Shown here one piece after another: positions 10,918-23,817 of a stretch of DNA of 64,000 nt. The notes below the pieces were generated by a model. It was not told where the DNA came from. It made no database searches and was given only the letters and a program-made list of their open reading frames with translations. Numbering within the stretch: position 1 is the stretch's first letter; the number at the start of each line of letters is the position of its first letter. The position numbers and the translations under genes were made by a program. This DNA is from Lingula anatina (Eukaryota; Animalia; Brachiopoda), in assembly GCA_051362555.1 (NCBI GenBank), contig CM120649.1, positions 15,190,001 through 15,254,000 on the forward strand, given 5' to 3'.

Positions 10918-13900
10918 CTAGGTCGCTTCTGTTTCGCATATAAAGTTAATTGTATGACTGCAGTACACGTCATCAAAAAGCTTCGTGAGATGATGGTATT
11001 GTACACAGTCTTGATTGCCCCATTCGCTATTTGGTTCACCTGGAATGGAAATTACTCGTGGGAAATTGATTCTTCTTATTCTGCAAATAAAATTACCATA
11101 AGGACATTTCGTTTGAGTAACATCGTTTTAAACTTCCTTTAATTTAATATATATAAATGAAAAATAAACCAACATCAAATATGAGTTCAAATGTGGCATT
11201 TTCTGATCGGCATCATCGCTTTATTTTGACTTCTGTTTAAGAGCACTTCAGCTTGGCAATGCATGACAACGAAAGTATATGCCCAGTAAGGTAGTCTTAA
11301 AAGTATTTCAGACAAATTCCGTTCACGTTCTTTAAGAAAAAGTGTTATAAATAAAATATGAAAATACACATGGAAATATGTGAGTTATATACCTGGGCCC
11401 CATGCAGTAAACGGTGCTGGAATGTCGCCCAATCCGGACAATACCCAGGTACCTTCGGAGGCTGCATCTGTTACCGAGGTCCACCAAGAGTTGGCGCTGC
11501 GTGCTGAAGGTAAAAAATTGACACGACGGATAAAAGCACCAAATTTTGCATTTGGTTACCTTTTGACATACTATGTCGAATTAGAGCCCTACAAAATTTA
11601 CCGATAGTCAAAAAATCCAAAATGGCCGCCAATGTATTGAATTATATAGAAATTTAATTGTGACAATTGGTACCAACCTATAAGAGACACTATTACTGTC
11701 TAAGTAGATTGCAAGATGATAACAATATACAAAGCCAACGAAAACATTGAGTAATTTTCAAAGTTTAAGTACTTGTTGAGGCCTTTTTTGTTATAAATCA
11801 CTGTAAAACGCACTAGTATACCGATGTCAGATGATGTAATATCATAAATTTTCCTAACCTTCGTCGGCCATAATATATTGTCTAATAAAAGTGTGCTCCT
11901 CTTCATCGTCAACGGCAACAAGCCTCGCTCCCATTGACTCGCAGTGGGCTTTGGCCTGGTAAAAGTTGCCTTTCAGTGTCGTGTTGAAACTGTAGCAACC
12001 TGTCCTGAACGTAACCTCAAACTGCGGTGGACACGTCTCTTGAAGCACAAAAAGTGATAGAAATCATTTGATATAATTAATATAAGAAATTTAACATGTA
12101 TTTTATTACCCAAGTATATATGTAAACTGATTAACACTATATATATAAATACGAAGGCAATGATGGCAACGTGGTTCACTTTTGGAAACGCTTGATGGGA
12201 TATTAAACGTTAAGTCTTTAAAAGCCACCAGTGGAAATATAATGTTTATCTTGAATATGACCTGTATGTTTTTGGATATTACTTACGGTTACGTTCACAG
12301 TTTAACCCCCCGTAGGGGTCAGGGCAGACACATTTACCGGAATCCTCAGTTACTTGGACACAAGTCCCGCCATTTTTACATCCACATTCCTGAAATAATA
12401 TAGTACAAAGCCCTACAAGCATTGCTGTGGTCCTTCCTGTATTATCTTTGACACCATTGTCAGTATTTTATTAATTAGTTGTTTGATTGATTATCTTTAC
12501 TTTCGCTAGTTTAATTGCGTTGAGAAAATTTGTTTGCTCTTGTCAGTTTCAGGGAAGGGGCACAGAATATAACCAGTGAAAAATCAGCATTAAGTCGCCT
12601 TGGATACACAAAACACACAGTAAATATGTCACAGGCAAGATTACATCCCAGGCTTTTAGAAAATATGGTGAAATGGTAGTATTTGCTTGAATAAAAATGA
12701 CATAATGGCAAATTCACAAAAAAATACATCGATAGCATTTAATAATTTACCAATTAGGCTACACCTCACAGGTCTTGTGTTTTAAATATTATAAAAATAT
12801 TTTATTGCATTCTGAAATATCTTGGTCAAAATGTCAATTCCTTCATACTTTAATGGCATTATGAAAACATTTAGTCAAAACGACTTTTTCTGAAACATAG
12901 TAATAACATAAGGTTTTCTAATTATAAAAATAGCTATTTTTATAGATTATCTTGTGCAATGATGTGTGCTTAGCCCCGACCTGTTCAACCTTTACAGTGA
13001 GATTATTATTCGAGAAATAACACCATTAGAGGGAATTCATGTCGGAGGAAAAAACATTAACAACTTGAGATATGCTGATGATACGGTCCTGATTGCTGAG
13101 TCAGAACAAAAGTTACAAGAGATACTAGACAAAGTGGTTGAATCCAGCAAAAAGAAAGGGCTCACCATCAACAGTAAGAAGATAGAATGTATGGTAATCA
13201 GCAAACAAAGAACAGCTAAACATTGTAAGATATTGATTAACAACATCCTAATAAAACATGTACAGAAATTCAACTATCTTGGCAGCATGATAACTGAAGA
13301 TGGCAAATGTGACCAAGAAATTAGAAGACGTATTGGAATGGCAAAAGCTGCATTTGAAAAACTGGGCAGCATAATAAAGAACAACAAAATTTCTATGACG
13401 ACAAAGATCAGAATGTTGAATTGTTAAGTGTTTTCCATTCTCACTTATGGGAGCGAATGCTGAACTACATCCCAAGGTATAGAACAACGAATAGAAGCGG
13501 CAGAGATGTGGTTTCTCAGGAAAATGATGAGAATATCTTGGACAGAGAGAATGACAAATCAGGAAGTGTTGGAGAGAGCAGGAACAAAGCGTTTCCTTCT
13601 AAAAAGCAAACGAAAGAGACAGTTGGAATTTTTGGGACACGTAACGCGGAAGGAAGAGCTGGAACATCTTAGTGTGACAGGTAAGATCAATGGAAAGCGA
13701 AGCAGGGGCAGGCAAAGATTAACATACACAGCAAGCATAAGAAGATGGACAGGAAAAGCGGAGCTAGACCTGTTGAAGACCACAAAGGACAGGAAGAGGT
13801 GGAAGTCCATGATCGCCAACGTCCTAATGGGACAAGGCACTTGAGAGAGAGATCTTGTGCAAGAAACGTGTAATTAAGTTTCTGTGGGAAAAAAAACTTT

Positions 13901-15364
13901 GTTCAGCCAGTGCAACGTATGGTGCTGTTGCGACGCAGGTGTAGGTCTTTATCATTGTTAATGAAGATCCTTTGGTGTTTTTCTCTAGTTGATACCGTGC
14001 AATCTTACATTTATTTTAAAGGGTCGTTCCTGTATGCCAACTGTTCACATTGCACCAGATTTTTTGGAACTCTGCAAAAATTACTTTCAAGCAAATTGCT
14101 AGTGTTTTAGATAAACTTGTGGATTGCGTGGCTTTTGTTTTAATTTTAACATTCTAAGGAACTCGCTCGTGATTTCAGTTGGCATAGTTGTCGTGAATAA
14201 TATATATGTGTATACACAGTCTATGATATTGAGCTTAACCCTTTTTGTGGTAAGCTACCTTTCAAAGCTGTCGTCTTCGAGACCAAGTGCTTGTTATCAC
14301 TGTTATTTTGACGAGGTACTTTTCAAAGTGCATATTTCTGATGTCTTTTAAAAAAAAAATCTTTAAAAATAAACATGTCTTTTACATTTTTAAAACGTTA
14401 TCTTAAACATTTAAAAACATTTTCTAAAGTATTCACAAAACGTTCAAAGTGCCTTTGCTGGTCCAATCATTTCTGCAGAGACCATAACGGCTAAAATAGA
14501 AATAATGCCGTTGACCATAGAAGATCACTTTCCTTTCATGTTTTCTATACGATTATTTTGAGAACAAAGCAAAACAGTTTTTGTATTTACGTTTTTCTGC
14601 TTTCCAAAATGTGCATATTGGACTTACAAACTTAACTGGCTTAAATGATTAACTAGCAAAATCATTTCATTAAAACTGGTATTAAACATGGATTAAGTGC
14701 AGAGATGGATCAACCATTTTTTAATTTTTAATTCCACATAATTTCGTTATTTTAGTTTGACTATTTTCAATCTTTTTAAGTTTTCTGTTTTTAAATACAT
14801 TGGTATAGTTAACATTTGCATGACTTAACTGTTTCTAATGGCATCAGCGATGATAAAAACACTGCAGCTAAAATCTCAAAGAGATCCGTGAAAAACAGTT
14901 ATAATAATATTTCGTTACCAGAGGATAATACGTTATCTCATGTTCTACACAAGGCGTAGATTGAATTAAGATAAAATGCAACTTTTTGTCTCGACATGGA
15001 TCCTTTTAACTGATAAAATATAACTTACCAGACAAGATACTGTGCGACTGCATGCCTCTAAGTAGGAGCAGTTCGGGTCACTCAACAGGAACTCCGCCTG
15101 AACGTCGGAACAGTTGAAATTGGTAAGAGCACAAGTCTTTGTATTACCGCAGTAATATGCACCTAGGCAGCTTGTATGCCCCAGACAGTGGAGTGCGCAC
15201 TCCTCTTTAGACAAAGAACATGTCGTCTGAAGAATCAAATTTTCAATAAATTTCGTCTGAGGCTGAACCCGAAACCATAAAGATGAAGAATTCGACACGC
15301 CAAACCATATCATAAGTAGAGCACATTCTGACAAAAGGACAGTCACTATATTCTTCGTTGACAT
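10918..15364 (-). CDS. Secreted PAN/Apple-EGF-C-type lectin, tandem copy 2 (5 exons, ~283 aa)
   Basis: Exons 15364-15029, 12389-12287, 12038-11859, 11503-11393 and 11039-10918 splice in frame. EGF is ECGCKNGGTCVQVTEDSGKCVCPDPYGGLNCE and the CTL ends GEPNSEWGNQDCVQYHHLTKLFDDVYCSHTINFICETEAT*. Confidence 0.88.
12960..13851 (+). mobile_element. 5'-truncated RTE-clade LINE in intron 1 of lectin copy 2
   Basis: RT motifs LSPDLFNLYSE, NINNLRYADDTVL, FNYLGS; C-terminus GKINGKRSRGRQRLTY; in-frame stops; (GA)n tail; 11-bp TSD atcttgtgcaa (12949-12959 and 13852-13862). Confidence 0.92.
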
Positions 15365-16344
15365 CTCCAAGCTACTTTTTGAATTCTTCAATATCTCTCA
15401 CGTGAAATGTGTTCACAGCATCTATTGTTACACCAACCGCTGCAGACTGCAAGCTCGTTTTCAGTTATTAGTGTTTTGGTTGGCTTCACCTGACTTCCTC
15501 AGTGAGAGATTAATCTGAAGCGTCCTTTTTTTTTGTAACACTGAAACGCTGTTTATTGTGTACTGTGCCACTGACAAAAATTAAAAATTGATATGGCACT
15601 TAGTAAAGATTAAACCATTCACTGTAATTGTAATATGAAATCATCTTTCTTGTGTGTTAATTGTAGTTTTGATTGATTGAGTTTACTGAGATTAATCATT
15701 TCAAACAGATGGGGTTTTGAAAATTTGATGTTTGTTACTGTCAGTTACAGGAGAATATTAAACCAGTGCAAATCAGTATCAAGTGAAATGTATATACGAA
15801 AAATTAGAATTAGAAAAAACGAAAGGAAAGAAGCAATACTGAAAATTTATCTGTGATAAAATTCTATTGCTTAAAAAGGACCCCCTAATACCTCTTCCCA
15901 CCTATTATAATATGTTTACAAAAATAGAAATAACATATTAGCAAAAAATAATCTGACTTTCAGTGACATAAAATCACCTTCGAGATCTATCGTCTCATAG
16001 ACGTGTGTCTTTCTCCTGGCCCTAAATAATCCCTGAAACGCTTTCGTCATTAAAAAATATTTGCTTTATTATCGTGCGTGCAAACCGCTTATGACTAACT
16101 ACCTCTGCAGATTTCTCATTTAACATTTATTACTTCATTTGATGTAAAATATTGTCTTGCGGAGGAGCCACGTTACTGTCTACTAGCTGATTCCCGTTAC
16201 ATCAATCACTGAACCATGATAAGAGATTGGTATACATGATTTGTAGAATCTTTTTTATGTAATATAATCTGTGTGAAAGTCTTATTTCCACACTTGCCCT
16301 TATTATTAATAATAATAATGATAATTAAAAAAATATATAAGAAA

Positions 16345-16420
16345 ATAACGGGACTGAGTGGAAATCGTACCAATGACGATTAGCCCAGGACGTTACCACC
16401 CGGCCAGCAAAACCTGCTTT
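16345..16420 (-). mobile_element. Possible degenerate tRNA-derived SINE head
   Basis: Minus strand reads tggccgggtggtaacgtcctgggct...ggtacgatttcc, i.e. A-box-like and B-box-like motifs at tRNA-like spacing. No intact cloverleaf seen. Confidence 0.3.
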
Positions 16421-16839
16421 GTGATGTCAATATATAATACCAGTACACATGTCGAAGTTTAACGGAAACTGCCGAAGGCTAGAAATACCTTCAAAATATA
16501 CTTTTAACAGTTTTAATCAAATTCAAATCATGGCCACTATCTTCCCACTGCTCTAACATATTGCTAACACCTGTCAGTTGTCAACAGATCGTTGTAGAAT
16601 GGGAGAAAAACGTGAAAAGGAGACTTCGGCTGATCTGTTTTTACTTTATAGGGTATGGCGCTTGCCTACAGATCAATTTGCTGTGGTAGGCAGCTCACTC
16701 GTAAATTACTTGGCCAATTAACATGTTCATTATGCTGTTAACAATCCAAAGACCCCATTGGGATGTGCTCTGGGCCAAGTCCTAATTGGGTTGTAGTGTG
16801 GGTCATTTAGAAAGTAGATTACATTGGGTTCTGGCCTGT

Positions 16840-16840
<1 letters not shown>

Positions 16841-16876
<36 letters not shown>
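16841..16876. repeat. (CA)n microsatellite
   Basis: Pure AC run of ~36 nt. Confidence 0.95.
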
Positions 16877-16880
<4 letters not shown>

Positions 16881-18589
16881 AACAGGGCGTTACGTCTATT
16901 GTTTGCTCATGTCGATAGCAATTTCTTTCCATTAGCGACAAAAGAAAACTGACGTGAGTCATTTTAGGAGCCGAGTGTGTTCGTTGGACCGACTGATTTG
17001 ATTGTTCGAAAAGGATTATTGCCAATGCTCCTACCCTGTAATTATCGTGCATGCTCTATTGTCCGACCATGCGGTGCAGGGGTAGGAGTCCATGCGGCCT
17101 ATTGGTAAGGTTAGATTCCAGCGGCACTGTACTACAACCTGTAGTACAGGTTACACCGCCAACCCCTTATCACCGTACAGTAGAGCCTTTGATGTCGATA
17201 TTTGATTGCGTTGTCTCAACCAGATTTCTTGTTTTAATCTCCCCTACCACATTCACGATCAGTCGGTGTGTGAAGTCGAATTCTGTGCCTCAAATAAGAA
17301 ATCACTAGAAGCCACTATATGCATCTGAAATAGTGTCCTCAAATATATTAAGAATGTGGATTTCTTTCGTTTCACGGCGTTACATGTATTAATATTGTTA
17401 ATGTGTTATATTCAATGGGTTTAGGGTGTTAATGAGAACATCTGTGTCTGAATTTATATTTATAACCCTTGAATTGGTAAACTGGTTTGTTTTCCACCCA
17501 AACATGTGCAAGTTACTTAACATATGGCGGTAGGAATGGATCCCACATGAAGGATATTGGAGCATAGGACGGCCCAGATATATCCATGCAGTGCATTTAC
17601 CGGATTTGGGGCTGTGTTGGAGATAACGTCTACAAAAAACTAATGCGGCATTTGTCCAGTCGATCAGTTATATAACTGTGTCTGACGATTTCTGGAAATT
17701 TAGTCCCAACAATATAAACATCACAAATAATGTAGCGGTATGGTTCCGCCATATTTTACATGTGCGGGTTACAAGAAACGGTAGAAATCACATTACAATT
17801 TGAGGGTAAATACATTGTCTATTCTTTTTATTCTGTGTGTGTAAGAGCTGGCTTGGTCCGTTTTTAAAGATTATTGTTTTTCTTTTGTTATTTTCTTTTG
17901 TCTTTTGATACACGACCTGAATTTTATGCAAATAACCACGACGGATAACCACGCCATTTGGAATAAAAAGCAAAAAAATTATTGAAAGTACATTTTTTAT
18001 TTCAATAAACACGTGAAATTAGAGGAAACTAAAATCGCAGAATGAGATTGTGAATGCGGCCAAATAGTGATCTGGTTAGAAATGTCTTCTTTACAGATGG
18101 GCGGTGTAACATAGAAAAATGGCGAAGAGAGCAGCAGTGTTGACCTTAGAAAAAGTATCTGTAGGCAAATTTGACAGCAGGAAGCAAAAAAAAAACCTTG
18201 ATCTCATAAGGTAATTTGACAACAAAAACAGCATCGGAAGAAATCTCGTAAAATATATTGAAAGCGTAAAACATGATACAACTATCCATGTTGCCGTTTA
18301 AGTATGATGACGATTCCGTATTTTCTCTACAACTAATCCATTTGAAATGTTTTAACCAGAGCTCGTTGAAAAAATTCCTAGAGTTATTTGGCCTTTTTGT
18401 TTTGTTTTCTCTCAGTCGGTCTGTAAGCCGGAGTCAACAAGAAGCTTACTTCACCAACCATACAGTTTTTTAATATATAAGGTACGAATAAAATGAGACA
18501 CAGAAAGATTGTATTATTGTGCTAATATTGATTCCTTCCCATGCGAATTATATCCTGTAGGCCTATATATTTTCAGTATGCGTCGTTGT

Positions 18590-21500
18590 CTAGGTTTCTT
18601 CTGTTTCACATATAAAGTTAATACTATCACTGCATTGAATGTCATCAAAAAGCTTGGTGACTTTATAGTATTGTACACAGTCTTGATTCCCCCTATTGTT
18701 ATTTGGTTCACCTGGAATGGAAATTACTCGTGGAAAATTGATTCTTCTTATGCAAATAAAATCAACATCAGGTCATTTCGTTTGAATTACAATGTTTGAA
18801 ATCTTCTTCAATTTAAAGCCGATAAGAAGTCATTATTCCAATAATAAACCGATAGCAATTATGGGAATCGGCAATTTTCAGTAAAAATTTGGCATTTTCT
18901 GCTTGGCATCGCTTTATTTTTTTACTTCTACCAGTATTAAAGAGCACTACAGCATGGCAATACATGACAAAACAAAAGGTATATACCAAGTAAGATAGTT
19001 TTGAAAATTCCTCAGACACATTCCATTCAAGTTACTTAAAGACAAAAATATTAAACTAAAATATGAAAATACACATGGAAATATGCGAGTTTTATACCTG
19101 GGCCCCATGCAGTAAATGGTGCTGGAATGTCGCCCCATCCGGACAATACCCAGGTACCTTCAGAGGCTTCATCTGTTGTTGCGGTAAACCAGGAGGTGGC
19201 GCTGCGAGCTGCAGGTAAATAACTGACATTTATTTGGGTGGCTTAGGGGAAATGTGGCCAAATTGTGAAAGCACCAAATTTTGCATGTGGTTACCTTCTG
19301 ACATACTATGTCGAATTAGAGCCGTAGCCCTCTGATAAAATTTAACGATCGGTCAAAAAATTCCAAAATGGCCGTCAAAGCCTTGGATTCTATAGAAATT
19401 TAATTGTGACAACTGGTACCAACTTATATGAGACACTATCACTGTCTAAGTAGATTGCAAGATGATAACAATAAAATAAGCAAACGAAAACATTGAGTAC
19501 TTTGCAAAGTTTAAGTACTTGTGGGTAACACATACCATTACCCACGACTGTACTGTTGTTGACGCCTATTTTGTTATAAATCACTGTGAAACGCACTAGT
19601 ATACCGATGTCAGATGATGTTATATCATAAATTTCCCATACCTTCGTCGGTCATAATATATTGTCTAATAAAAGTGTGCTCCTCTTCATCGTCAACGGCG
19701 ACAAGCCTCGCTCCCATTGACTCGCAGTGGGCTTTGGCCTGGTAGAAGTTGCCTTTCAGTGTCATGTTGAAACTGTAGCAACTTGTCCTGAACGTAACCT
19801 CAAATTGCGTTGGACACCTCACTTAAAGCACAAAAAGTGATAGAAATAATTTGATGTAATTAATATAATAAAATATAACGTGTCTTTTATTGCCCACGTA
19901 TATGTAAACTAATTAATACCATAAATACGAATTCAATGATGGCAATCGAATCGATGGCAACGCAGTTCACTATTGGAAACGCTTGATGGGATATTAAACG
20001 TTGAGTCTTTAAAACCCATTATTGGAAATATAAACTTTATCTAGAATACGACTAGTATGTTTTTGGATATTACTTACGGTTACGTTCACAGTTTAATCCG
20101 CCGTAAGGGACAGGGCAGGCACATTTACCAGACCCCTCAGTTAATTGGATACAAGTCCCACCATTTTTACATCCACATTCCTGAAATAATATACCCTGTA
20201 GTATACAAGCATTGATGTGCTCCTTACTGCATTTACTGTGTCACCAATGTCAGTATTTTTATATCTTTTTATTAATCACTTATTGACATTATTTACCTTC
20301 CACTCCTACTCGCATTCTTACATTATATTCTTTATCTTATGATGTGTACTAATATCTATTTTGTTTAATAGATTATGTACAAATTCTCAGTGTTGTATTT
20401 TATTGACCAGTAAAAGAACGTCTTGGGACCACTTATTATTATTTTCATTAAATAGAGGTATTACTTCATCTCCATATTGACCAATATGTGCAATTTTCAA
20501 CAGCTCTATCCGAGAAGGACATGTTCCTGCAATCTGGAAATCAGCTGATGTGGTTCCACTACCTAAAGTGCCACAACCTAAGTCAACTGAATGCGACGTC
20601 AGACCTATATCTTTGACACCAATTCTCAGCAAGGTTCTAGAATCTTTTATAGTAAAGTGGATTTGGGATTTTGTAATTATTGATAGAACGCAGTTCGGTG
20701 TTGTGCATGGCAGTTCCACAACACATGCCCTAGTAGAACTAATCCACTTATGGATGAGCGGTCTTGGGCCTTCACATAGAAGCAAGTCATTCCTCAGGAT
20801 TCTTTTCCTTGACTTCTCAAAGTCCTTTGACCTAGTTGATCACAATATTCTCCTACGTAAACTTTACAACCTTGTCATCTGGATAAGATCTTTCCTTTGT
20901 GGTCGCTCTCAAAGAGTCAAATACAAAAACGTACTCTGTGACTGGCAGCACATTCACGGTGGCGTCCCTCAGGGAACATTGTTGGACCCCTTATTATTCA
21001 TTAATTATCATGATAAATGACCTTAAGGCTAGCTGCCCAGACTACAAGTTCGTGGATGATACAACCGTGTTTGAGTTATGCGACTTTAATGCCTCTAGTA
21101 GATTACAACAGGCCGCAAATGAAATCATTGACTGGACAGAAAGAAACAATATGAGACTGAATGCTACCAAAACAAAAGCTATGACAGTAAACTTTACACA
21201 ATCAGAGACAAAATGTCAGTCAGTTAATATTAGAGGAACTCATGTCAGTGAAGTATCCCAGTTCAAACTGTTGGATGTTTTTATCACTAACAAACTTAAA
21301 TGGTCTGAACATGTTGATTTTATCTATAAAAAAGCATGCATACGATTGTTTTTTCTGTGCCAGCTTAAACGTGCTAAACTGTCATCATCTGATCTTGTTC
21401 ATGTATATCAGAGTTTAATTCGGACCGTGGTTGAATATGGTTGTCCTGTGTGGCACCCTGGATTAACTGGAGAACAATGTAAAATAATAGAATCCATCCA

Positions 21501-23817
21501 GTCAAGGGCACTTAGGATCATTTTCCCTGAATTAACTTATGTTGATGCTCTAGCCAAAGCAAAACTTATTACATTAAAATCATTCTTTGCAAAAATACAA
21601 AATGACACAGACAAGCTGAACTACCTTTTAACCTGCAATCCACACAGGAGACTAAGAAATAGCCTGTCAAAGTTTAACATACCAAATATTAGAACTGAAC
21701 GTTTTAAAAACACTTTTATTCCTTTCTCTTTGTTAAATCATTAGTGGTCTAACTTTTACTTTTAAAAATTATTTTGGCCTTTATTGCATTTAATTATCAT
21801 TACTCCATCCTCTTTTACACTAACTTTCAGATGCCTGTGCAAAAATTTATTTTAATCATTTATTTTATCCTTTTTATCTCATTAAGTTCTGTTCGCATAC
21901 CCTATATTATACCTGTAAATCATTATTTTAATTTGTAAATCTTTTCTCACTCCATTTTATGTATAACTTCAACCTTTTGGTTGCCATCTTTTAATAAACT
22001 TATTTACATATTTATTCATTTACATTTACAAGTCAGATGTTAACATTTCAAGTAATTTTCCTGGCACCAAATTACAGCACTTATATAGTTGTTAGTATGT
22101 AAAACGGTGCTGATAGCTGTTCAGTTGACTGATATTCCTATGAAATCGATATTACAATTTTCACACACACACACACTCAGAATACAAAAGGTTGCTGTAA
22201 AGGCAACAACTTGCATTAGCAAATTAATTCACTTTGATGTATTTTTGATGTGACAGTATTATTTCATAACATGGCAATATTTATTTCCGTACTTTAAAAC
22301 GAATAAGGTAAACAATCTTTACATACATTCTATCGCACCGCCTGAACATTTTAAGGATATTGTCACCCTTCGGCCCAATATCCTTGTTTACTGCCCTTCA
22401 TATAATAGGATATAATAGGATATAAATAGGATATAATAGGATATAAATAAGCAGATGTGAAAGTCTCTTTTTATCGTAATTAAGTTTTACTCTTTTCCAG
22501 CAAACACAAAACCTTTTCAACACATTTCAAACACGTTGTATTGTGTTCATAACATTATCAAAGTATTTTACCACAGTTAAAAATATCTTGGCAAAAAATG
22601 TCGATTCGTTTCTATTTTAATTATTTTATGAAAACTCTTAGTCAAAACACCTTTTCTGAAACATAGTAATTACATTATGAAATATTTTTTATCGTAAAAT
22701 AGCTATTATTTAGATTAGTTAACGCAAGAAACGTTTAATCTAGTGTCTATGGAAAACCCCTTTGTTTAGCCTGGTTGACCTTGTAGAGCTATTGCGACGT
22801 AGGGGTTGAGTCTTATCATTATAGAATGTCCCGTGGGTTTTTTTTCTCTTTTTCATACCGTGCAATATTGAACTTACATCAAATAATTATTCCTGGATGC
22901 AGAACTGTTTATATTTAACCAGACTTCTACAAACTCAGCAAAAATCACTCTCGAATAAATAAATAGTTTTAGATAAACCTGTAGATTGCTTCAATATTAA
23001 CATTCTAAGGAACGCGCTCGTTATTTCAGTTGACATAGGTGTCGTGAATAATATCAGTGTGTATACAGAGTCGATGATATTTAGCTAAAACTTTTCATGG
23101 TAAGCTACCTGTCAAAGCGAGACTGAGTGCTTGTTTGGTTATTTTCACGCGGTACTTTTTAAAGTGCATATTTCTCATGTCTTTTACAGTGCTGTTACAA
23201 TCTTTAAAATATTTTCTACTATGACTTTTTCATTCTTTCCAAATCTTCTGTTTTAACAGACTTTGGGATAGTAACATTTGCAAGACTATTTCTAAAGGCA
23301 TCAGCAATGAAACAAATCCTAAATACTAAATTTTTGAAGACATCCGTGAAAAACAAGATGTTTCATTACCAGTTGATGGTAATATCTATTAACATTAAAT
23401 AACATATCCTAGGTGTAGATCGAGTTAAGATAAAATGCAACATTTTGTTTCGCTATGGATCATTCCTGATAAAATATAACTTACCAGACAAGCTGAGCGA
23501 TTGCGTGCCTCTATGTAGGAGCAGTTTGGGTCACTCACCAGGAACTCCGTCTGAACGCCGGAACAGTTGAAATTGGTAAGAGCACAAGTCTTTGTGTTAC
23601 CGCAGTAATATGCCCCTAGGCAGCTTCTATGCCCCAGACAGTGGAGTGCGCAGTGCCCTTTAGACATAGAAGATGTCGTCTGAAGAATTAAATCTTCAAT
23701 AAATTTCGTCTGAGGCTGAACTCGAAACAATAAAGATGAAGAATTCGACGCGCCAAACCATATCATAAGCAGAGCATAATCTGCCAAAAGGACGGCTACA
23801 AATTTCTTCGTTGCCAT
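18590..23817 (-). CDS. Secreted PAN/Apple-EGF-C-type lectin, tandem copy 3 (5 exons, ~282 aa)
   Basis: Exons 23817-23485, 20180-20078, 19821-19642, 19208-19098 and 18711-18590 splice in frame. The CTL ends GEPNNNRGNQDCVQYYKVTKLFDDIQCSDSINFICETEET*. Confidence 0.88.
20478..22030 (+). mobile_element. 5'-truncated L2/CR1-group LINE in intron 1 of lectin copy 3
   Basis: RT motifs VVPLPK, RPISLTPILSKVLES, DFSKSFDLVDH, GVPQGTLL, KFVDDTT, EYGCPVWHP, IESIQSRALRII; frameshift near 21000; 3' AATAAA followed by a (catttat/cattta)-like tail. Confidence 0.9.
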
